Notes: generated by a model from the letters alone, not told the origin. 64,000 nucleotides of DNA from Candidatus Babeliales bacterium (GCA_963743635.1 CAVUQO010000003.1:576001-640000), one strand, 5' to 3'; positions 23,329 through 34,152 are shown, counted from the first letter of the stretch. Numbers and translations: made by a program.

Positions 23329-24163
23329 TCGTACTTTAATTCGGCGACTACTCGCACTTTCCTCATTAGGACACGCCTGCCTTTTGGTGTTTATTTTCGT
23401 GTTATACCACGATGATGCCACGAGAGTATCACGCGATGTGATTGCCGTGCTCTTAGATACTGATGTTACCATCGTTAAAGTTCCCATGAGTAAAGTGATT
23501 AACAAAAAAGTGCCTGTTGTTGGTTCTGGAACAAAAGCAGCATCAACTGCAGGAGCGAAAGCGGTAAAAGCACCGGCGATTAAAGCCGCTCCACCCGCAA
23601 CGGCTGTTGTTTCAAAACCAGTCGCAAAAATTCCTGCTGCAAAAACGCAGGCAAAATCAAAACCAAAAGTAGTACCCAAAAAAGAAACTCCTAAGCCAAA
23701 AGTACCAGCTACCAAGGTCGAGCCAAAAAAGGTTGAGGTGAAAAAAACTGAGCCTAAACCTGAACCTAAACCTGAACCAAAAATCGAACCTAAAAAGGAA
23801 GAGATTAAAAAAGAAGCAATTGAAGAAGTCACTCCAATACAGGAAGACGTTAATGTACAGGAACAAGCATCAGATGGTGATAATGTGGTGCATGTCGGAT
23901 GGCAAGAATATGAAGCATTAGAAGTCCAGCGGCAAATTCAACAAGAAGCAGAACGATGTTGGAAAGCTCCATCAGGTATTGCAGCCGATGTTTCGTGCGA
24001 AATTATAGTGCGCGTTGGACATGATGGAACACTGCACAGCATCAACGTGGCTCAGCAATCAGGTATTTTGATGTATGATGTGCAAGCGCGTCAGGCAGTT
24101 GCGCAGATGGAATTTCCACGTGGCTCATGGGGCAAAGAAGTGGTCGTTTATTTTAAGCAATAG
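23294..24163 (+). CDS. tolA: TolA/TonB-like energy transducer
   Basis: N-terminal TM with SSLGH, Lys/Pro-rich linker (KPEP repeats), TonB_C-like end (QSG...YD). Confidence 0.8.
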   Translation: MWPWQRNGEQPSRTLIRRLLALSSLGHACLLVFIFVLYHDDATRVSRDVIAVLLDTDVTIVKVPMSKVINKKVPVVGSGTKAASTAGAKAVKAPAIKAAPPATAVVSKPVAKIPAAKTQAKSKPKVVPKKETPKPKVPATKVEPKKVEVKKTEPKPEPKPEPKIEPKKEEIKKEAIEEVTPIQEDVNVQEQASDGDNVVHVGWQEYEALEVQRQIQQEAERCWKAPSGIAADVSCEIIVRVGHDGTLHSINVAQQSGILMYDVQARQAVAQMEFPRGSWGKEVVVYFKQ

Positions 24164-24200
24164 TAATGTAATCTAATATTGAAATCACTGTATTCCCTGC

Positions 24201-24330
24201 ACCCTTCGAGACATTTTTCATTCGCTCTGCTTATGAAAAACCCTCAGGGCGAACGGGAATGGTTGTTATTTCCGTTCGCCCTGAGGATTCTAAGGCAAGT
24301 GAAACGCGCCGAAGAATGTCTCGAATGGGT
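24201..24330. repeat. Repeat family B, inverted pair (REP-like)
   Basis: ACCCTTCGAGACA...CCTCAGGGCGAACGG followed by the inverted CCGTTCGCCCTGAGG...TGTCTCGAATGGGT. Confidence 0.9.
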
Positions 24331-24353
24331 GACGGAACACTATAATACGAAAG

Positions 24354-25694
24354 ATGAAAATGAAAAAAGAGTTCCGTTACATCGCGAGCATCGCCTTGAT
24401 CAGCTGTGGTCTGGTGATAGGAGAACAGCAGTTTGAATCGCAAAAAGTGCAAGAAGAACCATTGCGTGTACATGTTGCGACCACGCAGTATGCACGCGTT
24501 GGTCTTAAGGTTGTTGCGGTTGGTGAGAGCAGTGACCAAGATTTTGTATCGTTGCTTGAAATACTAAAAAAAGATTTGATGTTTAGCGGCCAATTTAACG
24601 TGTCGATGAGCATAACTGATCATGTACCAAATAAATCATTCTTTGCTGCTGTTGGAAAAGATGGTTACCCATTAACGCTTATCTTAGAAAAAAAGAATGC
24701 CGATACAATCAATTGGCGCTTATACGATACCGCATTGGGACAAATGGTAAAGGGCCAATCGCATCCAAGAAAAGATAACATTGTGCGCGGTTGGGCGCAT
24801 AGCCTTGCCGATATGGTGTGGCCTGAATTAACTGGCAAGGAAGGGTTTTTTAGTACAAAAATTGCATATTGCAGGGCGGTACATTTGCCCCATAAAAAGA
24901 GTGATTGCCGCTACATCTGCGTTGCCGATTATGATGGCAGTTATGAGCAGCGATTGGTAACAACGCCCACCATTAACTTGGGGCCACGTTGGAATAGAGA
25001 TACTAAAAAGCCGTTGCTGTTTTATTCTGAATACACTAATAAAAACATTCGTTTAATGTCTGTTGATATGCAGGGGCGCCGCCGTATAGCATCCAATTTT
25101 GATGGAATCAATATGCTTCCTACTTTCTCTGGAGATGGTAAACGGGTGGTTTATTGTGCCTCTCGTGCGGATGGTAACTGTCATCTCTACCATTTTGAAA
25201 AAAATAATCTTAAACGATTGCTTTCTGCAGAAGGCAACCATGTATCTCCAACTATGGCGGAAGATGGTTCCCATATGTATTTCTGCTCAGACTATGAGAC
25301 GGGCAAGCCTGGCATCTATCGGTATGATTTTGATACTCAAAAGGTGAGCCCTATCACGCAGAAGGGGTCTGCAATGGCACCGAGTTATTCAACTGCAGCG
25401 CGTAAAGTGGTCTACTCAAAGTTCGTGAACAGCGTAGTTCAGTTGTTTTGCTACGACGAAGTGACCGGTAAGCATACCCAAATTACTACTGACGCAGGCA
25501 ACAAGGATGAGGCATCATGGTCTCCTTGCGGCAATTACTTGCTCTTTTCGGTGGATAAGGGCAGCAAGGGGCGCATTGCTCAACTCAATCTGTTGACCAA
25601 CGAGCTTCGCTATATCACCAATCAGTCGGATGATTGCACCTACCCAATCTGGTCAGATCGATATGATCAATTTCCGGTGCTGGCAATAGCCTAA
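24354..25694 (+). CDS. tolB: TolB
   Basis: Signal peptide, DLMFSGQF, GFFSTKIAY, ADYDG and PD40 propeller repeats. Confidence 0.9.
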   Translation: MKMKKEFRYIASIALISCGLVIGEQQFESQKVQEEPLRVHVATTQYARVGLKVVAVGESSDQDFVSLLEILKKDLMFSGQFNVSMSITDHVPNKSFFAAVGKDGYPLTLILEKKNADTINWRLYDTALGQMVKGQSHPRKDNIVRGWAHSLADMVWPELTGKEGFFSTKIAYCRAVHLPHKKSDCRYICVADYDGSYEQRLVTTPTINLGPRWNRDTKKPLLFYSEYTNKNIRLMSVDMQGRRRIASNFDGINMLPTFSGDGKRVVYCASRADGNCHLYHFEKNNLKRLLSAEGNHVSPTMAEDGSHMYFCSDYETGKPGIYRYDFDTQKVSPITQKGSAMAPSYSTAARKVVYSKFVNSVVQLFCYDEVTGKHTQITTDAGNKDEASWSPCGNYLLFSVDKGSKGRIAQLNLLTNELRYITNQSDDCTYPIWSDRYDQFPVLAIA

Positions 25695-25964
25695 AATTGG
25701 TTGCAATAGCCCCTAGAGCATAACCAGACGCCTCGGCGGAAGCTACGAAAAAAGGCCGAGCCTGCCATTTGTAGTTGCAAAACAACGGCAGTGGTAAAAA
25801 ACATAGCTGCAGCACGAGTATAATTCGACAGAATAACCTCTCTTTATTATACTTGTAGCTATGAGAGTCGCATTCTTGATACGTATGTACCAGGTATGCC
25901 TATTCATTTGAACAGACATACAATTAAGAAACACAGTTATAATCTTATTTATCTCAGGTAGTCT

Positions 25965-27785
25965 ATGAGAAACTTCAAATCAAAAAATCTTGTTATTGGC
26001 ATATTGGTCTTTCTAGCGGCATTTTTCGTGCTTTCCTGGTTAACCGATCTTGCCCAAAAAACAAAATCTTTTCCTTATTTGCCTACTTTTGTAAAAGCGC
26101 TTGAAAGTGGCGAAGTCAAAAGTGTACAAATCGTTGGTCAGGATGTTCTTGGTGAATTAAAAGACGGCACTTCATTCCACACCACGGTCGGTAATGATCC
26201 TGAATTATGGAAAAATTTACGCAGCACCAATGCGGAAGTGAACATTACCAACTTGGCGACGCAAGCATCAATGTGGTATTTCTTTATTTTTATCGTTATT
26301 GTCACCATTGCACTTTCTGCTTTGTGGTTTTTCGTCAAACAAATGCGTGGCGGTGGTTCTGGCTCAGGAAGCGGCGGCGGCCCGAATATTTTCTCTATGG
26401 GGAAAAGCAAGGCGCGCATGTACATGCCTTCTGAAATAAAGGTAAACTTCGATTCAGTTGCGGGTGCAACCGAAGCAAAGGAAGAACTCAAAGATGTGGT
26501 GGACTTCTTAAAAAATCCGGAAAAATTCAAACGTCTTGGTGCAAAAATCCCTCGTGGTGTCTTGCTTGTTGGTGAACCAGGTAATGGTAAAACATTGCTT
26601 GCAAAAGCGGTAGCCGGAGAAGCAAACTGTCCATTCTTAAGTATCAGTGGTTCAGACTTTATCGAAGTATTCGTGGGTGTTGGTGCATCTCGAGTACGCG
26701 ACCTTTTCGCGCAAGCACGTAAAAATTCTCCAAGCATTATCTTCATAGATGAAATCGATGCGGTTGGCCGCGCACGAGGCAGTGGCCTTGGTGGTGGTCA
26801 TGATGAACGAGAACAAACATTAAATCAGCTTCTGACTGAAATGGATGGTTTTCAGACAGAAGAAGGTGCTGTTATTGTAATGGCTGCAACCAATAGACCA
26901 GACGTTCTTGATAAAGCGCTCTTGCGCCCAGGACGTTTTGATCGTCGCGTTGAAGTGCCATACCCTGACTACAATAGTCGTCTAAAAATTTTGGAACTCC
27001 ATGCAAAAGCGGTGAAAGTTGATCCCGAAGTTAATATGGAAAAAATTGCGCGTGGTACTCCCGGATTTACTGGCGCGGATCTTGCTAACCTGATCAACGA
27101 AGCGGCAATTAATGCATCTAAAAAAGATCAAAATTCTGTGTTGATTGTAGACTTTGAAGAAGCACGTGACAAAATTATCCTTGGTAAAGAATTAAAAACC
27201 GTGGTGCTTTCTCCTGATGAGCGCAAGATAACTGCGTATCATGAAGCAGGTCACGCATTAGTTCGTCTTATGATGCCGAATGATACCGATCCCTTACACA
27301 AAATTACCATTCTGCCACGGGGCAGGGCGTTGGGCGTAACCCATTTCCTACCGGAAAAAGAAAAATATATGAGCAGTGAAGATGAAATGATTGCAACGAT
27401 CATGGCAGCGCATGGCGGTCGAGCAGCAGAAGAGTTGATCTTCAATAAGAAGATGACTGGTGCATCGAGCGATTTCCAGCGTGCAACTGAAGTGGCGCGT
27501 CATATGGTCTGCAATTATGGTATGAGCGATGAAATTGGACCTGTCGTCTATGGTCAGGGCAATCAGGATTTCTCATATTCCCAAAAAACTGCTGAAAAAA
27601 TTGATAACGCAGTACGAGATTTGTTGCTCAAATCATATCATGATGCAAAGCAGCTTTTGATCGACAACAAAGAAAAACTCGTTCTTCTTGCAGAAAAGCT
27701 TCTTGAAAAAGAAACCTTATATGCAAGTGAAGTTTATGAGTTGCTCGGAATCAAGCCTCGCGCTGAATTGAAATTTGGCGAGTAG
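25965..27785 (+). CDS. ftsH: ATP-dependent zinc metalloprotease FtsH
   Basis: Two TMs, [23 protein letters not shown] and HEAGH. Confidence 0.98.
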   Translation: MRNFKSKNLVIGILVFLAAFFVLSWLTDLAQKTKSFPYLPTFVKALESGEVKSVQIVGQDVLGELKDGTSFHTTVGNDPELWKNLRSTNAEVNITNLATQASMWYFFIFIVIVTIALSALWFFVKQMRGGGSGSGSGGGPNIFSMGKSKARMYMPSEIKVNFDSVAGATEAKEELKDVVDFLKNPEKFKRLGAKIPRGVLLVGEPGNGKTLLAKAVAGEANCPFLSISGSDFIEVFVGVGASRVRDLFAQARKNSPSIIFIDEIDAVGRARGSGLGGGHDEREQTLNQLLTEMDGFQTEEGAVIVMAATNRPDVLDKALLRPGRFDRRVEVPYPDYNSRLKILELHAKAVKVDPEVNMEKIARGTPGFTGADLANLINEAAINASKKDQNSVLIVDFEEARDKIILGKELKTVVLSPDERKITAYHEAGHALVRLMMPNDTDPLHKITILPRGRALGVTHFLPEKEKYMSSEDEMIATIMAAHGGRAAEELIFNKKMTGASSDFQRATEVARHMVCNYGMSDEIGPVVYGQGNQDFSYSQKTAEKIDNAVRDLLLKSYHDAKQLLIDNKEKLVLLAEKLLEKETLYASEVYELLGIKPRAELKFGE

Positions 27786-27802
27786 ATCGGAAAGGAAAGC
27801 GC

Positions 27803-28609
27803 ATGATACCAGCGGGAGTAGGACCTGAACGGCTAGAAGTAATCGTAAAAGAAGCTGGGCGCATCGTTCTTTCCTATTTTGATAAAGCGCTTACCTTTAC
27901 GGAAAAAGATAGAGCAGGGTTTGTGACGGAAGCTGACATAGCCAGTGAACAGTTCCTTATTAAGGAATTGGGATTATTGCTGCCGGAAGCTTCCTTCTTT
28001 GCAGAGGAATCAGGAAAATCCCAGGCTTCGCGTGAAGCTACGCCGGGCACGGCGGGGTCAGGCGCATATTGTTGGGTAATCGATCCATTGGATGGAACCA
28101 CCAATTTTGCTCATCATGTCCCCTATTTTTGCATCTCTGTGGCACTGACCTATCATGATAAGCCGATATTAGGTATCATTTATCAGCCGATTCTCGAAGA
28201 ATTTTTTTATGCCGAAAAGGGTCGGGGTTCCTACCTGAACGGGGTAAAAATAAGCGTAGCTCGGGAGAACGAACTTGCCAAAAGCATGGTGGCGGTCGGG
28301 TTTCCCTATGCAAAAAATAAGCAGTTTATGGAACTCATTGCAGGTCTTCAGCGTATTTTGCCCCAAACATCCTCATTGAGGTGCTATGGAGCGGTTGCCT
28401 TAGATTTAGCTTACGTAGCAGCCGGACGCCTGGACGGAGCCTTTTTTGAGGGGCTTGGCTGGTGGGATGTTGCCGCAGGAATAGTACTTATTGAAGAAGC
28501 TGGGGGTCGGGTGACCGATTTTCAGGGGCAGGACGTAGGTCCCTCATATGAGTCTCTTGTGGCTGCTAATCGAGAAATGCACGAAAAAATGCTTCCTTTA
28601 CTGAAATAA
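27803..28609 (+). CDS. suhB: Inositol monophosphatase family protein
   Basis: WVIDPLDGTTNF and WDVAAG..LIEEAGG. Confidence 0.93.
   Translation: MIPAGVGPERLEVIVKEAGRIVLSYFDKALTFTEKDRAGFVTEADIASEQFLIKELGLLLPEASFFAEESGKSQASREATPGTAGSGAYCWVIDPLDGTTNFAHHVPYFCISVALTYHDKPILGIIYQPILEEFFYAEKGRGSYLNGVKISVARENELAKSMVAVGFPYAKNKQFMELIAGLQRILPQTSSLRCYGAVALDLAYVAAGRLDGAFFEGLGWWDVAAGIVLIEEAGGRVTDFQGQDVGPSYESLVAANREMHEKMLPLLK
28020..28053 (+). repeat. Family A repeat inserted in-frame in suhB
   Basis: CCCAGGCTTCGC-GTGAA-GCTACGCCGGG matches the family A termini and encodes SQASREATPGTA. Confidence 0.7.
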
Positions 28610-28703
28610 TAAGTCCAGATTTGAAAAAAATACGATTTATAGTACACTAAAGGACTATAGAGTCACGAAAAATAGTCGATTTGTTGAAAAGGATATATGA
28701 ACA

Positions 28704-28907
28704 ATGGCAAGAATATGCTATGTGTGTGGAAAACGTCCACAGGTGGCCAATCTAGTGAGTCACGCAAAAAATAGAGTTAAGCGCTGGGTCTACCCGAATG
28801 TGCATAAGATGCGTTTCACTATTGTTGGCGCGCCTAAAGTTAAGGTAATCAATTCTTGTGTATGCACAAAGTGTGTTAAAGCCAGAAAAGTTCAAAAAGT
28901 TCTATAA
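28704..28907 (+). CDS. rpmB: 50S ribosomal protein L28
   Basis: MARICYVCGK...VSHA...KRWVYPN. Confidence 0.95.
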   Translation: MARICYVCGKRPQVANLVSHAKNRVKRWVYPNVHKMRFTIVGAPKVKVINSCVCTKCVKARKVQKVL

Positions 28908-28931
28908 CCAGTAGGAAGGTCTTAATAGCCC

Positions 28932-29210
28932 ATGGCAAATTTAAAATCATCAAAAAAACGCGCGAAACAAATGGCTGGTCGCCACCACAAAAACCTAGCT
29001 CGTAAAACAGCTATCAAAACTGCAATGAATAAAGTAATGGCAGCAATCGAACGTGGTGAAGACGCAGCAACAACCAAGACTCTTTTGCGTGATGCAGAAG
29101 CTAAATTGGCTCGTGCGAAGAACAAGAACGTAATGCATCAAAACACTGTTGCTCGCAAGATCAGCTTGATTGCAAAACGTGTTGCAGCAGCAGAACGCAG
29201 CAGCAAGTAA
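28932..29210 (+). CDS. rpsT: 30S ribosomal protein S20
   Basis: MANLKSSKKR...HQNTVARKIS. Confidence 0.96.
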   Translation: MANLKSSKKRAKQMAGRHHKNLARKTAIKTAMNKVMAAIERGEDAATTKTLLRDAEAKLARAKNKNVMHQNTVARKISLIAKRVAAAERSSK

Positions 29211-29245
29211 ATCTATCTCTGAATAGATACAAAAATTAAAAGCGA

Positions 29246-29298
29246 ACCCTTCGACCACGCTCAGGACTAAAGGCCTGTGATGAGATTGAGGGTGACTG
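29246..29298 (+). repeat. Short family B repeat flanked by a 15-bp direct repeat
   Basis: CCCTTCGACCACGCTCAGGAC lies between two copies of AAAATTAAAAGCGAA (29232-29246 and 29299-29313). Confidence 0.75.
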
Positions 29299-29304
29299 AA
29301 AATT

Positions 29305-29338
29305 AAAAGCGAAGCTTTAAACGGCTTCGCTTTTTTTT
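29305..29338 (+). terminator. Terminator of rpmB-rpsT
   Basis: AAAAGCGAAGC...GCTTCGCTTTTTTTT. Confidence 0.85.
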
Positions 29339-29501
29339 ATGCCCTCTTTCAGTCTATGGAATTGAGTGTCTCAAGCTAGGATTCTCTGTTCCAGCACGTT
29401 TGCAGGGGGGCTTTTGAGATGTGGATTTCCTTATGGTATAGTTGTTATATGCCCCTAATAGGGTAAATTCATAATCAATATTCTTAAGTACGGGGGTTAC
29501 T

Positions 29502-29987
29502 ATGAAACAAAGATCAATATTTCAGGGTATGATTCTGATGATATTCGTCATTGGCGCGCATAAGACTATGGCAGAAGTAATGCAAAAACCGCATGAAAAA
29601 TTACCATATGAAATTCAAATGAAGATGCGTGCGGAATGTTTGCGTGAACTAGCGCAATCTTTGGAGCAATGTGCTCAAGAAGACGCAGATGCGATTTATA
29701 ATGGTAAGGATTTTGATAGTACAGCTTGGATTGGTCGTCCTTCATCTCTTGAACTACTCGTGATTCCCGAGGTTGTAGGGCTACAGAATCAATGGTATTT
29801 AGAACATATTAAAACAGTATATATCAATCGTTATAATATATTGACGGCTGGAAAATTGCTGTTGCCTAATATAGCGTCTTTTTCATACCGAGATTCATTG
29901 GTACGAGAATTCAATACCTATGCGTTACAAGAAGCAGTTTCTGCAGAAAGATGGATAAAAGACTGGAGTGCACGTAACAGCAACTAA
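29502..29987 (+). CDS. Hypothetical secreted protein
   Basis: GGGGG RBS, signal-peptide-like N-terminus and its own terminator. Confidence 0.75.
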   Translation: MKQRSIFQGMILMIFVIGAHKTMAEVMQKPHEKLPYEIQMKMRAECLRELAQSLEQCAQEDADAIYNGKDFDSTAWIGRPSSLELLVIPEVVGLQNQWYLEHIKTVYINRYNILTAGKLLLPNIASFSYRDSLVREFNTYALQEAVSAERWIKDWSARNSN

Positions 29988-30011
29988 AATCTATCTACCA
30001 TGTAGATAATG

Positions 30012-30041
30012 AAAAAGCGGAGTTTTTAGGCTCCGCTTTTT
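30012..30041. terminator. Bidirectional terminator
   Basis: AAAAAGCGGAG...CTCCGCTTTTT between convergent genes. Confidence 0.85.
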
Positions 30042-30074
30042 ACTTGGTCTGGGTACTGCCCATTAAATGTCGGA

Positions 30075-30692
30075 TTATAGGTCTTTTTTAAACTTTGCAA
30101 ATTGTTTGAGCTTCTTAGCTTCTTCTCTGCCATAGCCTGCAGATTCAATCTGGCTTTTCATAGGATTTAAATAACCCTTAATTTTGGTGCAGCCGGTGAT
30201 TTCAAAAACATCAGCATCACCGCTATTAATGCGTATCGCCTTGCCCACTTGCTTATTATCATTCCATGCCATCACTGTTATTGCCGGTTCTCCAACCATG
30301 AGAATATACTTACAGTCACCAGGCTTGATTTCGGTATCCATCATGCCTGTTCCTGAGAGCGTGATCTTGCAATCAGTGCTATTGAGAATTCTGCGACCTG
30401 CTGCATATTGGCCTTCTCGAGCGAATGCCCTTACATTTCTCTTTAATTTTTTGAATAAGCTCGCTTCTTCAGGCTGAGCGTTTTCTTTGTTTGCTCCCTG
30501 TTGCCCCCCTTGCGCAGCTTGTCGGGATTTTTGTTGGGTTGGAGTCATGCCAGCGTCTGCTTCTGCTTGCTCCCGTAATCTTCGGGCATTTTCAGCAAAA
30601 CTTTGTGCTTCTTGATTCAGCTTATCCAATTTTGATTGTGCCTGTATCCCGCCTGTAACCAGTGCGACAATGAGTATAATGCTTTTTTTCAT
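30075..30692 (-). CDS. Hypothetical secreted protein
   Basis: MKKSIILIVALVTGGIQA signal peptide and a Gln-rich linker. Confidence 0.8.
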   Translation of the reverse strand: MKKSIILIVALVTGGIQAQSKLDKLNQEAQSFAENARRLREQAEADAGMTPTQQKSRQAAQGGQQGANKENAQPEEASLFKKLKRNVRAFAREGQYAAGRRILNSTDCKITLSGTGMMDTEIKPGDCKYILMVGEPAITVMAWNDNKQVGKAIRINSGDADVFEITGCTKIKGYLNPMKSQIESAGYGREEAKKLKQFAKFKKDL

Positions 30693-30958
30693 AATGAATC
30701 CCTTCTATAAAAGCATTGATATATCTAACAAGGTGCACTGTAGCAATAATGGTATTCGGGAAGCAATGAAATGTTAAGGATTCTCCTAAAAAATTAGAGG
30801 CTCTTAAAGAGAGTGTTCCTGAAGACTTAAGAGAAGAAGTAGAAAAAGAGTTAGAAAGACTTATCAAAATCAATCCACCATTGGCACAATAATAATTACC
30901 CCGCACTGGGCAGGCGCTTAATCGCTATGGCGTGATAACTATAGTGTAAGTCATGTTT

Positions 30959-32686
30959 TTAGGCAGCACTATCCATGCGCTTTTTATACTCAACGAAGAA
31001 GTTCTTTGCCACACCGGTCGGCACGCTTGAGGAACCGACGTTTTCAAGAATGATCACGATCGTCAGTGGTGTGTGGTGTTTGTAGTGGAAATGGCTCACA
31101 AACCAGCCATGTTCAAGATATTGCGTGCCAAGATCACGTTTTGCAAGATCGCTGTTTTGGGCGGTACTTGTTTTTGCATAGACCTGAATGTCTTTGACGC
31201 GACTTCTGCGACCCGTACCCACCGTTACTACTTTTTGCATTGAGCTGCGTAAAAATTCGAGTGTTTCGAGTCTGATATTGAGTGGTCTTTTTTCAATCGG
31301 CTCATCAGCAAGGATGCGGGGTTTAACGAGGTAGCGGGTGAAGATACTGCCAATCATGCAGGCAACTTGAATCGGCGTTACCAATAAAAAGCTTTGTCCA
31401 ATTGACGCTGACAGTGTTTCTCCAGGCCACCAACGTTCTCCTTTTGCACTTCGTTTCCAGGCGCGTGAAGGAACGAGGCCATCTTTTTCAGGGAATAAAG
31501 AATCTGTTTTTTGCCCCAGTCCAAAACGGTTGGCATAATTTGCTAATACGTCGATATCAATTTTTTTTGCGGTTTCATAAAAGATAATATTGCACGATTG
31601 CTCAAGAGCTTCTCCCGCGGTGAGCCTACCGTGTCCGTGTTTGTTATGGCACCAATATTTTCTGCCCGCAAACGTATAATTACCGCTGCAATAAACGGTT
31701 GAATCAGGGCGTACAAGACCCGTTTCGAGTGCTGCACTCATTGCAATCAATTTAAAAATTGATCCTGGCGGATAATGAGCGCTGAATGCTCGATTTAAAA
31801 AGGGCTGTTTGGCATCTTGCAGGATCTGCCATTCCTCAGGCAAAATGGGTTTTAAGAACATGTTAGGATCAAAACTTGGTTGCGAGGAGAGGGCCAAAAT
31901 TGCCCCATCTGCAGGGTTCATGACAATGAAGGCGCCTGCATAGATCTTGGGAAATACTTCTTCTACAATCGATTGTAGAGTCATATCAATGGTTGTTCTG
32001 ATCTCGCTGCCAATATTGGGATGTTCTATGGTTGTTTCGCTCAATGATTTGCCAAATGAATTGATTATTTTGAGTGTTGATCCATCTTGCCCTTTGAGCA
32101 ATTCATCACATACTTTTTCAATACCCATGCGCCCTTCATGGTTGGTATGCATACCGCTCAAATATCCAAGAATGTGGCTCGCAAAAGAACGGTGGGGATA
32201 GAGTCGTTCAAAATCGGTATCAATAATGATATTGGGATGTTCGGGAATCAGTTCTTGGAGTTTACTGAGCTGTTCGATTGAAAGATCGCGAGATAGTAAT
32301 AATTTTTTATAGCGCCGTTCTGCTTGCTGCAGCTCTGTTTTGCGTGTTTCATCTTGCGAGAAATCGATGCCGAGAATATGTTCAATATCCTCGATGATAG
32401 CGTTTTGTTCGCTATTGAATGAGCGATTGCCTGAACCTTTCCAATAGAGAGAAACCACGGGACGATTCGTAACGAGCAGCATGCCATTACGATCTACAAT
32501 ATTGCCGCGTGGTGATGCTATTTTTTCCGTCCGAATGAAATTACGTTGGCCCTGTTTTACAAAATTTTCGCTCAAACGTATCTGTAATACAAAAAGACGT
32601 ATAGCGATCATGCAAAATATGGCGCAGGTTGCCCAAAAAAGGTGCTGTATTTTGTATGCGGAAGGGGATATAGGCGCTTGATTCAT
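30959..32686 (-). CDS. mrdA: Penicillin-binding protein 2
   Basis: SPRGNIVDRNG, YPPGSIFK (SxxK), SCN and KTS. Confidence 0.93.
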   Translation of the reverse strand: MNQAPISPSAYKIQHLFWATCAIFCMIAIRLFVLQIRLSENFVKQGQRNFIRTEKIASPRGNIVDRNGMLLVTNRPVVSLYWKGSGNRSFNSEQNAIIEDIEHILGIDFSQDETRKTELQQAERRYKKLLLSRDLSIEQLSKLQELIPEHPNIIIDTDFERLYPHRSFASHILGYLSGMHTNHEGRMGIEKVCDELLKGQDGSTLKIINSFGKSLSETTIEHPNIGSEIRTTIDMTLQSIVEEVFPKIYAGAFIVMNPADGAILALSSQPSFDPNMFLKPILPEEWQILQDAKQPFLNRAFSAHYPPGSIFKLIAMSAALETGLVRPDSTVYCSGNYTFAGRKYWCHNKHGHGRLTAGEALEQSCNIIFYETAKKIDIDVLANYANRFGLGQKTDSLFPEKDGLVPSRAWKRSAKGERWWPGETLSASIGQSFLLVTPIQVACMIGSIFTRYLVKPRILADEPIEKRPLNIRLETLEFLRSSMQKVVTVGTGRRSRVKDIQVYAKTSTAQNSDLAKRDLGTQYLEHGWFVSHFHYKHHTPLTIVIILENVGSSSVPTGVAKNFFVEYKKRMDSAA

Positions 32687-33609
32687 GATTCCTTACGGTT
32701 TTTAATCATAGTGTGAATCGGATGTTTCGAATCGCAAATGCGTGAAAGATCATCAAGAGATACGTGCGTATATTTTTCGGTACTACTTAATGTTTTGTGC
32801 CCGAGTAATTCTTGTACTACGCGCAAATCAACGCCTTGATTGAGCATATGCGTTGCAAATGAGTGACGAATTTTATGGGGTGTTATCGGGCGATCTATTT
32901 TCAAAAATTGCCGAAACATTTCGATAATGCGCTGAATAGAGCGGCTGGTGAGCGCGGTACCACGATTATTGAGGAATAGTTTTTCGCTTGCATCATGCAC
33001 ATGTGGCCGTTCAGCAGCAAGATATTGCCTGATTTTATTTCTCGCTTTATCGCCAAAGAGCACGATGCGTTCTTTGGACCCTTTACCCGATATGCGCACG
33101 GTTTTATTTTCCATATCAATATCGCCGATACGTATAGAAACGAGCTCTGAGCAGCGCATGCCGGTCGCATAGAGCAATTCAAAGATAGTTTTATCGCGGA
33201 TGGGGCGCTTGGTGGGCAGTTGTTCGTCTTGAGTGTTATCAAGTAGATGGAATATTTCATCTACGCTTAAGTAGACGGGTAATTTTTTATCAAGGCGAGG
33301 GCGCGTGAGTTTGAGTTTGAGATCAATGCCGTACGTTTTTAAAAACTTTTCAAACGATTTAAAGCAGGAGAATTTGCGTGCGATTGAACTTTTATCAATC
33401 TTTTTGTAAAACAAACTCACCAAATAGCGCTCAATGACTTGCCGCAATCCATTGTTTTCAACCTTCAAACGCTCCTGATCTTCCCAAAAAAGGAGAAACT
33501 GTTTTAAGTCACTTTCGTAGGCACGCAATGTGTTGCCCGATAGATTACGCTCAACCTCAAGATGCGTGATGAACTCCGTAACTTTATCCTTAAACTCTTT
33601 TCGTTTCAT
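32683..33609 (-). CDS. xerC: Tyrosine recombinase XerC/XerD
   Basis: LLYATGMRCSE, GKGSKER, HKIRHSFATH and LLGH...TEKYT. Assignment to xerC versus xerD is uncertain. Confidence 0.88.
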   Translation of the reverse strand: MKRKEFKDKVTEFITHLEVERNLSGNTLRAYESDLKQFLLFWEDQERLKVENNGLRQVIERYLVSLFYKKIDKSSIARKFSCFKSFEKFLKTYGIDLKLKLTRPRLDKKLPVYLSVDEIFHLLDNTQDEQLPTKRPIRDKTIFELLYATGMRCSELVSIRIGDIDMENKTVRISGKGSKERIVLFGDKARNKIRQYLAAERPHVHDASEKLFLNNRGTALTSRSIQRIIEMFRQFLKIDRPITPHKIRHSFATHMLNQGVDLRVVQELLGHKTLSSTEKYTHVSLDDLSRICDSKHPIHTMIKNRKES

Positions 33610-33900
33610 GAACCACCTAACACTGCTTTTTTTAGATTTTTTTGTAACTCCGTCTCTAAATGTAAAGTTGTTCAGGGTAATTGGCAATAATTAGGTTGAA
33701 ATAGGTGTAAGAAAGAGATGGTGAGTACCTTGGTGGTTGGCATGACGCGGGTGCAACTTTTATAGTCCTTCGAACTTCAGGTAATCAACATCTCTTAAGA
33801 GGCCTTGATTATACCGCGTTCGATCATGTCTACAATATCTTGATTGACTGCGGGATCATGCTTTAAATCAAGAAGTTATTTTTGAATTTGGTACATTTGT

Positions 33901-34152
33901 TTATTCATCATGTCCTAAATGTTCTATATATAAGGGAACATTAGGCATAATGCTATTTTTAAAACAAGCTATATGACACAAAAAAAATTGCTCGAACTGT
34001 CGATCTCTTGATTTATTATAATTGACCATAATATTTAAACTACATGGATCTGACTGAGATGAGTCAATTCCTTTCCCACAGAAACAACATTGCGTTTCAA
34101 ATTCATTTACGTTAATTCCATTGAATAAAAGGTGCTCATACGGATTCTTCAT
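33901..34152 (-). CDS. Small Cys-rich protein, putative immunity protein
   Basis: CCFCG...CHIAC; ATGA-coupled to the upstream gene in the toxin locus. Confidence 0.6.
   Translation of the reverse strand: MKNPYEHLLFNGINVNEFETQCCFCGKGIDSSQSDPCSLNIMVNYNKSRDRQFEQFFLCHIACFKNSIMPNVPLYIEHLGHDE

Noticed and set aside
24179..24539. Short ORFs between tolA and tolB
   Set aside because: They run through the family B repeat pair and overlap tolB.
32683..33609. Island integrase for the toxin locus
   Set aside because: It looks like housekeeping XerC/D, overlaps mrdA, and no att sites were seen.
33790..33880. Possible orphan toxin C-terminal remnant (LDLKHDPAVNQDIVDMIERGIIKAS, minus strand)
   Set aside because: Too short, with no start codon and no recognisable motif.
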